64,000 bases of DNA from positions 1-64,000 of the forward strand of contig JAHLTZ010000017.1 in assembly GCA_025786725.1 (NCBI GenBank), in the 5' to 3' direction. This document shows, one piece after another, positions 27,349 through 39,385 of this stretch (its first letter is position 1; each line of letters opens with the position of its first letter). The notes beneath the pieces are model-generated. The model was not told the origin of the DNA. It was given only the letters and a program-made list of their open reading frames with translations, and searched no databases. A program made the translations under genes and the position numbers. This stretch comes from Syncephalis fuscata S228. Lineage: Eukaryota > Fungi > Zoopagomycota.

Positions 27349-28617
27349 TTACTCCGATTGTCCAGCATTGGCCACATCATCGGAGTCAACGCGGAATTGT
27401 TCCATCCAAGCGCGTACGCGTTCATAAACCATAAATGTGATAGCTTGACCTGGTGCCACACGTAATATACGAGGTGTAAGACCCTTGTAGAAGGCAGTGT
27501 AGCCCTGTAATAATGGCAAGTTGTTACATTAGTATTGATAGTGTATTGGTAATGTAGCTGCAAATTACCTCGTTTTTAATAATACCGCTGCACACATTAA
27601 CAAATCGTGTCCAGCCAGATTCTCCTGGTACATATGATGCTCGTTGGATACGTGTTTTAATCGTATCGATTGGCGCATTTGACATAGGACCTATGTTGAA
27701 TTGTTAGTTATTAAGGATAGCTATACCATACAATCATTTACCCATAGCACCGCTAAGACCGCCAATAAGCAAATGTTGATAGCTGGGTAGTTCAGTACGA
27801 TCTGGTTGCCAGGCAAGCAATTTTTTCTTCATTTCTTGGTATGCTGTAAAGTTGACAGCTTGATTTGTGGCTAATTATATCATTCAATAGCTAATTCGTT
27901 AATAAATACTATAGCTACACGTTTACAGTTAAATTACCTTGTCGAAGTGCTGTCAGTGTAACACCTTTGTAAAGAGCGCGAACACCTTCCTCTTTAACAA
28001 TGGTATAGGCGGCGTGTCCTGCATTGCGGTACTTTGGCACATCCAACGGGTCCATCATAGAGTGACGCTGAGCTTGCAAACGGATTTTAATGACATCCAT
28101 TGGCGTTACTACAAGTACAGCCTCAGTTATACCAGCACCTAGACCAGCAAAGAACGTTGCGGTCGTTGATACTTTGCCCGTTTCTTTATTCTTCAAGTAG
28201 CCTTTATACGCCTCGAAACTCGAAAACCGAATAGCCATCTTTGGTACGATGCCAGATACAACGGCACCAAGCCCCTTGTACAAAGCAAGAGGGCCTTCAC
28301 GTTTAACAATATCCACACCAACACCGACAAAGCTACGCTTGGCTGGTGGCTATTTAACGTCATCGTCATTTAATAATAGCTATTAGTCTGCAATTATCAA
28401 TAAGTCTTTGCTATTTGCTTACCTTTTTTAATTGAGCACGACCTGGTGCACCGGCACGCAGTTGCATTCGCACTTTAATCGTATCTAATGGATGGCAGGC
28501 CATCGCCTCCATAAAACCGGCCGTACCACCGGCTACCAAGTGAACAGAGAGTGACTTTTTCTGAGTAGCAGACCGACTGGCCTCTGCTGGCTTTGCTGCT
28601 TCATTTTTCACGGTCAT
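27349..28617 (-). CDS. SFC1: Mitochondrial succinate-fumarate carrier
   Basis: CHPLDTIKVRMQL, LYKGLGAVVSGIVPKMAIRF, QAQRHSMMDPLDVPKYRNA, TPRILRVAPGQA. Confidence 0.93.
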
Positions 28618-30727
28618 GGTGAATGTATAAGTAGTAGCTTATTAATTATAGAAATAAAGCGTAACGTATGCTTAAACCGCAAGTTAAGCCTGAAATAATA
28701 CGTAGTAATACGAATGAGCGAGATGACGCGTGCACGAATCTTAAAGAATTAATAGTTCCAAAGAAACAGGCGTTAGCGATAAACGTAGACGTGTACAAAT
28801 AATAGACAAACAGATACAGGCGGTCAACGAATAATGTACGCGTGCCCACACACTCGGCGGTAGCAGTGGCAAGCGGGCGGGGAAGTGTAGCAAAGAAAAA
28901 GTTCCAATAGAAAGCGGAAAGCGGAAAGAGAAACAAATAGCGCGATAGGTTTTAAATAGGGATCAAGCACTCTTCGATGTTTCTATGTGTGTGTACCCTG
29001 GCAGTGAAGCGTGGGATACTGCTGCTATGGACGGCAAGAATAAAAAGAAGACTACGCGTATCGCCGTTTAAACCGGCATTGGCAAATCCGACTCATCGCT
29101 TTGCCAACGCGTGACATTCACGTGAAGTATTGCCTGTGCTATTCCGGACGATTTCGGATCTCGTATTCGGCATTGCCACTATAAATAATAGGCGTGCTAT
29201 GAAAATAACTGATTCTATCCTATAAAGATGCTAATCTGATTTGTCTTAATCAATGGTTACTATGTGTGGTAGATCTCTGTTTTATTGTGTGCTTGATCAG
29301 TAGTTTGGATCTTAACAGAATGATGTTTAATTCTAAAAAGAGATGTAACGGAGAGTATCTAATTTCCGTAAAGATATGCTTTGTATGACTATGAAAATCT
29401 GTTTGTGTTTGCATTCAATAGCGTATTTATTATATATTTATTTAGATTATTAATAATTAGAGGAGTTTTAAAATGCCACTAATAATTAATGCCATTATTC
29501 ATATATTGCTAAATATTTTCTGTCATAAAAATATTGTAATCAATTAATAGCGGCCATCATAAAGGTACTACTGCATTACAACATTTTGAAGATTTTTTAT
29601 TTATAATAGTTTGTTTATTCATAGTCTCTATAGGTGTATATTATCATTTAAACACTTGATTCGTATTAAATATTATAATTAATCGTATTGGAATACAACT
29701 ATGCACACATTATTCAATTTAGCACTATTGCCAATAGTTTGCTTATTTAGTTATCTTATTTGCTTCTGTTATTGTTGTTACACTAATATCCAGTTATTTT
29801 AACAATTTAATCTAATTTGTGGTCTGAATGGCTACATTTAATAATATTTGTGCAACTGATTCACATATTCTTTCTATTGAACATGGAACTGTGCGATGAA
29901 TGGTATTAATAATCAAGCCATCTTCATAAACACATTATAATTATTGTTATCTGACGCATATTTATTTTATTTATACTTATTCTATCACATGTCAGTTTAT
30001 TATATGTTGAAAACACTCTATTCAAAACTGTTGAATTTTATTACTAGCACTATTTATTATACATTCGACTATTTGCTTAGTTAAATTGAAATAATTATAT
30101 GAATCATTCAAAGCACTATAAAGTGCTACGTTTTATAATATGGCTAGAATTATTTTAAACGCCAAAAGCTCTAATAAAAATAAAGTAAAACTCAACTGTG
30201 GATGTGACTGGTGCCATGTGCGATGTTTGTTAGAACAAGTGACAATTACTGGTTTGATATTAAAGCAATACATGTGCCCTAGTTGGACAATAACTTGGTC
30301 AGCTTTTACTAGCACAATTGTGCTAAAATAATCGAAGCAATAGCCATAGAATTGCGATACTCTATCGAATAGCGGTTGTGTAACAATCAGCTTGAATGTA
30401 AAGCATGCGCCCAATATATTTGAAACTTCTTTGTTCTCATATGCATCCATGAAGAAAGCATGGAGTTTAGCATGCGGTGCAAACACACAAACACGGTTTA
30501 CTGCTCTTTTCAACAGAGTAGCCTTGAATGTCACATGAGTGCAAATAACATTTATTAGTGTCGTGCTGAATGGTGTATTCACCCAATCTGTCACTTATTT
30601 TATTACTTTGTATTTGTCTCCAACACTCGTGTTATTTGTAATACTGCTTACTAGGGCCAGCAGAGCTGCTCTACTTTGTCATAATCAATCCGTATTACCA
30701 ATCGCCCACCTTTACTAATCAATCAAT

Positions 30728-32400
30728 ATGCGTTTTCTCAACGTTCCACATGAGCCCACCTCACTGGTGATATCACGTTTCCTATTTTTAGCTATAGGAG
30801 TCATTGGGCTATCTTTAATCGCAAGCCTAGAAATAGCACATCTAACCGAACAAAAAGATGTTTATCAAGTGGAATATAATGTTCAGCCACTTGCTCTACC
30901 AACTATATTATTTCGATCAATAGCAGCGCCTAATGTAGTTTATTTTTACAATTTTGGCGTTATGACTACATCAGGATTCAACGAATACGGCATGTTTAAA
31001 ATTGATGATGCAATCAAATCTGTCGAATGGAACCAGAATGTAACCGACTCAAGCTATCAAACTCGGGATTGGAAGCGAGTATCGCGTAGGAAAATGGTAT
31101 CCCCATCACTAAACAACTCAGAACTTGATATGAAGATTATAAATCCTAATCTTAATCATGTTTTTGTTCCCAAATTTCAAAGCAATTCAGAAAAGACTAG
31201 CATAGGCAACAAACTTATTACTAGACTTCATATGAGAATCAAAGCAACTATCCCAAATGATGAAATATCTGCCACTATGAAAATTCCTAATTTTCAAGTC
31301 GATATGTTTGTTATCGATAATCCTGATTTACTTGATCCAAAAAAACATACCAAGCCATTTGATTTGGCTATACTTAATTCCAAAGCTCGGTTTACTATAA
31401 AAAGTGGAACCAATGTTATGTTTGATTTTATCGAAAGCCACATGGAAAAAGGTAATTACACCAAAAAAATGTACGATTTCGGAGTTTATGAGCAACCGGG
31501 GCAAGATTCAACGGCAATAGAGTTCACCATTGCTCCTCGTAACGAACCATCTGCCGATAACGATAATTTTATGGTAAAGAAGGAAATTGCCCGACGCCCC
31601 GTCAGTGTATTCCAGGCAATTGGTGCAATTGGTGGTGGTATATCAATGTTTATGGCTGTGTTTGCTATACTATTTGGCCAACGTCGTCTCCGCCCATGGG
31701 GAATCATCCAGCGGTATCTTATGCGCAGCAAGATACTTAGTCTTTTGCCACAGTTTATGGTCAGCATTAAATCCTCTTATCGTCCTAAATTTGAGCGAGA
31801 ACCGGATAACGGATTGGCACACTTACATGTGTTAAATCCATATAAATTAGGTACAAAAATTAGTTCAATGCCTGTTTATAATACACATCGATCAAAATCA
31901 CCAAATAACGATACATCTGAAAATATACCGACTATAACAATTAATTGTGATAATGAGAATCCACGCACTGCTGATACTCGTACTAGCGAAATCAGTGAAC
32001 TTAAAGCAATGATGAATACGCAAATGGAGCAATTCACAATAATGTCAAATCGACTTGCAACACTTGAAAGTAATCCGAGTGCAAATAGCAGTATTATTAT
32101 GCCAACTCAGCCTGCAACATTTGAAAGTATCGATAAAATAGCAGTATTATTATGCCAACTCAACCTGCAACATTTGAAGGAAATTTAAGTGTGAATAGTA
32201 ATAGTATGATGCCAAATTTATTAATGCCGTGTAATATGAATTCATCGAATACTTCGACTGCCCAGAGTAGTAAAATATCTTTATCTACATCTGAGGCGTT
32301 GCCGATTGAAACTCGCGTAGCAAGTCTTGAGGCTTTTCAATATCGACTAGGAACATTTTATTTAGCATCTGATTTATTTAAAGACACTTCGTTTGAGTAA
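30728..32400 (+). CDS. Intronless 2-TM membrane protein, family member 1 (frameshift ~32130 inside a tandem repeat)
   Basis: HEP-TM1, ~250-aa ectodomain, IGG-TM2-LFGQRRLRPWGIIQR, C-terminal LEAF..R...FYLASDLF shared with the genes at 57.6 and 60.8 kb. Confidence 0.8.
32065..32213 (+). repeat. ~57-nt coding tandem repeat (ESNPSANSSIIMPTQPATF), ~2.6 units
   Basis: aatagcagtattattatgccaactcaRcctgcaacatttgaa occurs twice, plus a degenerate third unit. Confidence 0.85.
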
Positions 32401-32706
32401 TATTTACACTGATTTATCTAATTATATTTGTAGTAATAATTATGTACTCAAAATTGAGAAATAGCATGCTATTACTATTTAATCATTAAAGTAATTTTAA
32501 CTAACTATTAGTTACTACATATTTATTTATTTAAGCTAATGGGCAATCGTTTTATCTTAAGAACATGTTAATATAATAATAGCAACAGAAATAAGCGAAA
32601 ATTAAACAGATCACTGATATTATTATTATTAAACGACTCAGTGTGCCGTAGTTGTATCAAATGCAATTAAATTTATATAATGTGTATTATTAATGGAAAA
32701 GAGGAC

Positions 32707-32741
32707 AGCGCGTTCAATTGCACCGATTTTCTGACGCGTTA
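32707..32741. promoter_or_regulatory. MCB/E2F-like CGCG elements upstream of HELLS
   Basis: GCGCGTT and ACGCGT in AT-rich promoter DNA. Confidence 0.3.
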
Positions 32742-32902
32742 ATTGTTTTTTCGTTTTTCTCCTTTTTGAAATTCCCATTACGTTTTTATTCATTTTACCG
32801 ACAAAAACATTTGTCTTATTTAATAACAACAAACCAGTAGTCTAGTATTGACTACCATTTCAAAACAATAGTATTCACGTTGATCTCGCTTTCATTCCAG
32901 TC

Positions 32903-35900
32903 ATGACCGTTGCCTCCAACACAACGGAGAATACTCTAAATACTATAGCTAGTATACAGATTCTTAAACAAGCCTCCTTTGAAGCCACTGCTGCTATTTC
33001 AAACATGAATGACAGTGCTATTGATAATTCAGACAAAGAAGATGGCTCACATGAACTGCAAATGGGACTACCCAATGACGTGGTAACAGCGAACGACGCA
33101 GAAGAAGCAGCAGAAGTTGTCGATGGCGTCGTAGTAACAGAGAATATGCTCAAGGAAGAGACAGCGTTGCGAGATGCATCAAAAAAGGACCACCTTAAAC
33201 GTTTAAGACAACAAGTAAAGTACAGCCAAGTTTATTAATCCATTACTAACTTGATAATGCTAGGCAGTAGAACAGTATGCTGAACTTACAAACCACCAGC
33301 AACGCCACAATCGACTGCATTTCTTGTTGGAAAAGTCAGCAATTTATTCAAACTTTTTAGCCGAAAAGTTGGAACGACAGCAGAAGACGGCCAGAGAAAC
33401 TGCCGAGCGCAAAGAACAGCAGTCGGCAGTAAAATCCGATAATGCAACGACGGAAGCATTGGCTACGGCACCACTTCGTCGATCAGTTCGTTCGGCACAA
33501 ACCGATAATACCGCGACCGCTGAAGATGAAGCAAAAGTAGTCGATAATGCCAAAAAGAAGCGTACAGCGGCCAGTGGAAAGAAACGAGCCAACGATACAC
33601 AATCAGATTATAATTTAGCTGACTATGTAAATGCTGATGTAAGTAGTAAATAATATAAATAGTATGGTAGTAATAGTCGGTGTCTATTATCATAGGATTT
33701 GGCCAAAAGACGCAAGACTGGGCCAACTGACGATAATAGTGAAGTTGAAACCGTGGATGAAGCAACAGCTGAGCATCTAGGCACGGCTACACTGCAGCCT
33801 AGCCGATCTACACGCCAACCAGCACTCATTTCTGGTGGTATTCTTAAGGAGTATCAGTTAGCCGGCATGGAATGGCTAGTATCTCTTTACGAAAATGGAT
33901 TAAATGGAATTTTAGCTGTAAGTTTATATTTATATTAATACAACCAGTTAATAGCCGTTAATTAGGATGAAATGGGTCTTGGCAAGGTAAATACGATTGA
34001 TTAGCATGTATGATATAATTATTTGTAATGATTAACTTGTAATAGACGCTGCAGTGTATTTCATTCATTGCCTATTTACGAGAACGTAGTGTTTGGGGCC
34101 CATATTTAATTACGGCGCCACTTTCCACGTTGGCTAATTGGGTCTGTGAATTTAAACGGTAAGTTATTTACATTAATCATCCAATGGATTGATTAAATTA
34201 CGTAAAAATAGATTTGCACCATCTATTCCGGTCATTCTTTATCATGGTACACCGGATGAACGTCAGCATTTGCGTAATAAGAAAATGCGTAAAATGAATC
34301 CAGATACTTTTCCAGTAATTGTTACTTCATATGAAATGATTATCAATGACCGTAAATATCTTGAGGTAAATTACAACTATATATATATATGAATAGTAAA
34401 TTAAACTATTATTTATTAGAAATACGAATGGAAATATATTGTTGTTGATGAAGGACATCGTATTAAAAATCTTAACTGCAAGCTGATTCGTGAATTAAAG
34501 GCATGTCGCAGTGCCAATCGTCTTTTATTGACGGGTACACCGTTGCAAAATAACTTGGCAGAATTATGGTCACTACTTAATTTCTTATTACCAGATATTT
34601 TTGATGATTTAGATAGTTTTCAAAGTTGGTATGCTTAACACTAAAACTTAATTATCAACTGCTAATGATTTATAATTATGTTAGGTTCGATTTCTCAGAT
34701 TTGAATGATAAAAGCGGACAAGAGCGTATTATGGGAGAAGAGACAGAGTCTCGTGTAGTAACTAAACTGCATCAAATTCTTAAGCCTTTCCTACTTCGTC
34801 GATTGAAATCAGATGTTGAACATATGTTGCCTAAAAAGCGTGAATATTTATTGTATGCACCGTTATCTGCAGAACAGCAAGAAATATACGATGCCATTGT
34901 AAATCGACGAATTAGAGAATATTTAATTGAAAGAAAATTGAATGGATTACAAAACAAGACATTAGCACCGGCACCATTAGTTGATAATGCAACAGATGAA
35001 GGTATAACATATTATATACATATACATATATATATAATAGTATTACGCATAGCTAATTTATAATTATATCAATACAATGATAGATGAACAGCGAAAGAGT
35101 GACCGTTTAACACACCAGGCCGGCTTGATTATAATGAGACTATTAGCGATGATGCTTATCTTCGGCGTTTGGAAGATTCAATTGAACAGTCAGCTGAAGA
35201 GGATAAAAACGAGATAAGGCGCCAGAAAAAGGAAGAGGCTGAGAAACGAGACAATGCTGGTAAGCTATTAAATAATTGATAATAATAATAATAATAATAG
35301 ATTATTAATACAATACTTGTTCAATATATTAATGCACATATAAATACATGTATATATATATATAGTCAAAGCAGTTAATCGAATGAAATTACAGGCTCGT
35401 CTTGTTCAAGTACTCAAGGCATGCAACCATCCACTTCTATTCAGTGATGAGCCTTTGCCACAAACTATAACAGCCAGTGTAGCCAAATCACTCGTGGCAT
35501 CCTCTGGTAAAATGCGTCTACTTGACCAACTCTTACCAGCTCTATTTGCCCATGGTCATCGAGTACTTATTTTTTCTCAAATGACTCGTATGCTAGATAT
35601 TATTGAAATATGGGTCAGAGAAGTGAAGAAGTGGAATATGTTCCGTATTGATGGTGCTGTTAAACAAGAAGATCGTCGACGTATGATTGCCGAGTTTAAC
35701 CGTGATAAATCAATGAAATATCCATTGTTTCTACTAAGTACACGATCAGGCGGCCTTGGTATCAATTTGACAGCTGCTGATACAGTCATTCTATATGACA
35801 GTGATTGGGTAATTAGTAATGAACATGTATATTAGTAATCATACTAATACAGCAAATAGAATCCTCAAATGGATCTACAAGCTCAGGATCGTGTACATCG

Positions 35901-36423
35901 TATTGGACAGACACGCCCTGTCATTATTTATCGACTTGTCACGTCTAATACGTTGGAATCACGCGTATTAGAATGTGCTACAGCAAAGCGTAAATTGGAA
36001 AAGTTGGTCATTCACCGGGGTCGATTCAGAGATGCTCTTGATAGAAATACCGCTACTACTCCACTTGGTATGAAAGAGTTGGCAGAGATTTTATTAGAAA
36101 ATGAACTTGAAACGGTAAATCGTCATGAATTGGATACAAATACGGATGAATTGATTACAACAACTACACGGTCATCTCATACTAAAGAACGGCCATTATT
36201 ATCGCCATCTGACCTGGAGAAGTTGCTGGACCGATCTGATGAAGCATATCAACGAGAATTGGATGCAAAGCAACATGGATCAGCAGGGACAGCTGCTACT
36301 GACTCAGCAGCATCTTTATCATCAAGTGCCTTTAGTATTGTACCTTCCGCACGTATTGATATTCACTCACTGCATGATACCACCACTCATCAAGATGTAT
36401 CGCTAGATTCTCCAAGCTCATAA
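32903..36423 (+). CDS. IRC5: SNF2-family remodeler, HELLS/LSH/Irc5/DDM1 type, multi-exon (start uncertain; apparent frameshift ~35118)
   Basis: [94 protein letters not shown]. Confidence 0.88.
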
Positions 36424-36879
36424 GTAATGCAGATAGTAAACCTGTTATAAAACTGAGTCATAGTGTATAAGCACTGGTGACTAATACAATGTTATTATAA
36501 TGTATATGTGTATGTAACAGACATTTCTAGTATAATCCAATTGCAATTATATATAATATATACGTATGTGTTATTTAATATAATAATATGTCATTTTATT
36601 AAGCTATGCAATAATCTATTAGCTTTAGCTATAAAGAATATATGACACTATTAAAGAGGGATGTCGATATAGCTATATTCGATGTATTAATTCAAAAAAG
36701 GATTGGTTTAAAAGAGTCATCATTATTAATCTGCAATGCATTCCTAACAGCTATTATTTATATAGTCATTACTCATCATGGCATACACATCACCTTGTTC
36801 TCCATTGCTTTCTCTCCTTTACCGCATTTACCCTTTATTACCACCATCAATTGACATACCTGGCAGCAGCAAAATACTG

Positions 36880-37092
36880 GTAAGCATATGGATGCATAGA
36901 TCCATCCATCCATCCATCCATCGCTCTATCCATTGAGTCAAATACTGTATATGCCACTCTATCCACTTAATAAAGTTATCGAATGGATGGAAGGATAGAG
37001 GGATGGATGGATGATGGATGGGAACGCATATAAACACCGTGAAACCACAGGGGAACTGACCCGTCTTGTCTTCATCTACTCATCTACTTTAG
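36880..37092 (+). other. Probable 5'UTR intron of eIF1 with a (CCAT)n/(ATGG)n hairpin
   Basis: GTAAGC donor, ACTGAC branch, TTTAG acceptor 36 nt before the ATG. Confidence 0.6.
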
Positions 37093-37128
37093 CATTCCAC
37101 TACTGTATCGTAGTTGTTCAACTTGTTC

Positions 37129-38020
37129 ATGTCCGAAAATACTATTCTCAATCTTGGAGCGCATGGTAAGTCGTGGCCCTGCCTCATCTAGTGGGATTCT
37201 GAACATAGATGACTTATGCATTCTTACTGGTATAGATCCATTCAACGACGACGTTGGTGAAGGTGGTGAATTCGCGCGAAAGATCCGTATCCTTTTCTAG
37301 TCTATGTCATGCGCTATAGATGACTGTATGGCATAATACCGCGTATAGAGACAGAGAGACAGAGAGATAGAGCATATATGCAAGGCATGATGAATCTATT
37401 TATTTTTATTGACTGCGGTCCTTTAGACCATCGTTTTGATCGGTCGTTCCGTGAAGATTTTCTTTTTTGTCATAGTTACACTGACCGTCTTGCTATGCTT
37501 TTTAGTCTCTCTCTCTCTCTTTCTCTATTACTTGCGGGTTATTATTGTCAGCCATTCATCTATATGGCGGATACATTATATACATTATATGTATTTATAT
37601 CTTAACCAATGCAACTGCTGTACTACAGATATTCGAGTAAAACAACGCAATGGCCGCAAGTGTGTGACCAGTATTGAAGGCTTAGAACACGTCATCAAAG
37701 ATGTTATTATTGCGGAAAACCGCCTAAAGAACAAAAGCAAAGAAGCCAAAGAGGCCAAGGAAGGCAAAGAAGCCAAGGAAGGCAAAGAAGATCTCGATGG
37801 CGATGAGCTTTTCGACAGATGGCTTAAGAAGATCAAGAAAGATTTGATGCAAGAACTAAGCGTGGGCGGTGGCAAGGTCAATGCCGATAAGGATGGCGCA
37901 CCTGTCATTCAGTTCCAGGGCAACAAGGCCCGCGAAACTATGGAGTTTTTGACTGGCCTCAAGTTCCGTTATACAAAGGCCAAGATTGACCGAACTCAAA
38001 TTGAAATTCACGACTTTTAA
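37129..38020 (+). CDS. SUI1: Translation initiation factor eIF1/SUI1, divergent, 159 aa (exons 37129-37165, 37236-37286, 37629-38020)
   Basis: MSENTILNLGAH|DPFNDD...KI|HIRVKQRNGRKCVTSIEGL...VIQFQGNKAR...IEIHDF; exon lengths sum to 480 nt. Confidence 0.88.
37287..37628 (+). other. U12-type GT-AG intron in eIF1
   Basis: 5' splice site GTATCCTTTT; branch-like ATCTTAAC at 37599-37606; no polypyrimidine tract; splicing restores the conserved IHIR. Confidence 0.78.
37380..37493 (+). ncRNA. Intronic box C/D snoRNA, snR63/SNORD46-like (LSU helix 69, yeast Am2256)
   Basis: Box C ATGATGA 37387-93, C' GTGAAGA 37451-57, box D CTGA 37481-84, terminal stem GCAAG/CTTGC; guide GTCATAGTTAC complementary to rRNA GUAACUAUGAC; the D+5 rule hits the second A of UAAC. 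Confidence 0.88.
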
Positions 38021-38264
38021 TAGTCTGTGAATGGAGTTCTGCTCTATGCCTCTTTTTTTCGTTTTTGCTTGATAGTAGCGATGCTTTTTGTATGTACTAT
38101 TGTCACCAATACTGAAAAGACGCGCGTATATATATGTGTGTAGATATGCGATCCTATGAACTGTATTGTTTATGGTCCATTTGTACAACTCTGTGTGCTT
38201 CATTTAACAAATATAATAAGAGCGGTACGCCATTTTAATCTTAAAAGTTTTTCTTTTCTTTCAA

Positions 38265-39301
38265 ATGTTATCGCTACTGTCACGTCGATGGATAATTGCA
38301 CAGCGGCCATGTCTATCCAATGCTAATAATTATGGCCGCTATCGATTAAAACAACCAGATGAATTATCATTTAAGCTATCGCCAACCATATCCTATCGAC
38401 TGTTAACAGGTAGCAATAGTAGTAGTGATAAGCGTCAACGCACAGAACAACAACGACCAAAGCGGTCAGCATTACAGTTGAACAAAGTGGTACATTCAGG
38501 TAATTCTTTATGAAAAGCTGTATATAATAGTTGTATATAATGGTTGTTTATACAAAAAGAATACTAATACTACTATTGAGTCTAGTTATTCATGCTGGTA
38601 AAACAACATGGTATCTTGGGTTAATTGTACTGGGTACTGCCGTGTTTGGCACTGTTACCTATGCATTGTATCGTGAACTATTGGCATCTGATTCAACGGC
38701 ACAGCTATACGCACAAGCATGGTCTTGTATTGAATCGCACGATGCGGTAAGTGGCAATCCAGTACATTTACACTATTTCGCTAGTAACTTATGACAATTG
38801 GGTTTAGGTAAAAGATAAACTCGGCGAACCATTAACGCAATTGAAAGATCGTAGACGACACCGTGTTGCGTAAGTTACTGCTATATCAAAAGAAAGAGTA
38901 GCTAATTATAATGTCCCTACAGCTATACAATGACTGATCAGCAGAATCAAAATCATTATATTGTTTATATTCCTGTAACAGGATCCATAGCAACCGGTGA
39001 AGCTTATATTGATGCCATAGTAAGGATATAGCATAAACTAGATCATTAATAATAATAGTAATAATCATGAATGGGCAATATAGAAAGTAAAGAATGAGTA
39101 TAATACAACTGTATGGCATATGGAACGTATTTACGTTGATGTACCAGGTAGATAGTTTATTGATATTCATATTCAATTACTTAAATGAATTTAGGACAAG
39201 GTTTGCCATCAACAAGAATTGTCGTAGTTGAACCATCCACTAATGCTAAAACACCCAACTCAAATATATTTCAACGCATGCTGAATCGACGACCATCGTA
39301 A
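38265..39301 (+). CDS. TIM21: Mitochondrial import protein Tim21-like, multi-exon
   Basis: Arg-rich presequence, single TM (GLIVLGTAVFGTVTYALYREL), KDKLGEPL..RRRHR, IYVDVPG. Confidence 0.72.
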
Positions 39302-39385
39302 TCTTCATTAAATAATAATTAATAAAATGGTTGTTTTAATTCATTTATTATAATCCGTTGATTATTAATATTAATATTAATATTA

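Noticed and set aside
30133-30594. 153-aa minus-strand ORF upstream of 2-TM member 1
   Set aside because: Non-ATG start, no motif, lies in the promoter region; probably chance
32121-32140. Frameshift in 2-TM member 1 as a phase-variation switch
   Set aside because: The second repeat unit is 4 nt short through scattered deletions, typical of poor polishing inside a tandem repeat
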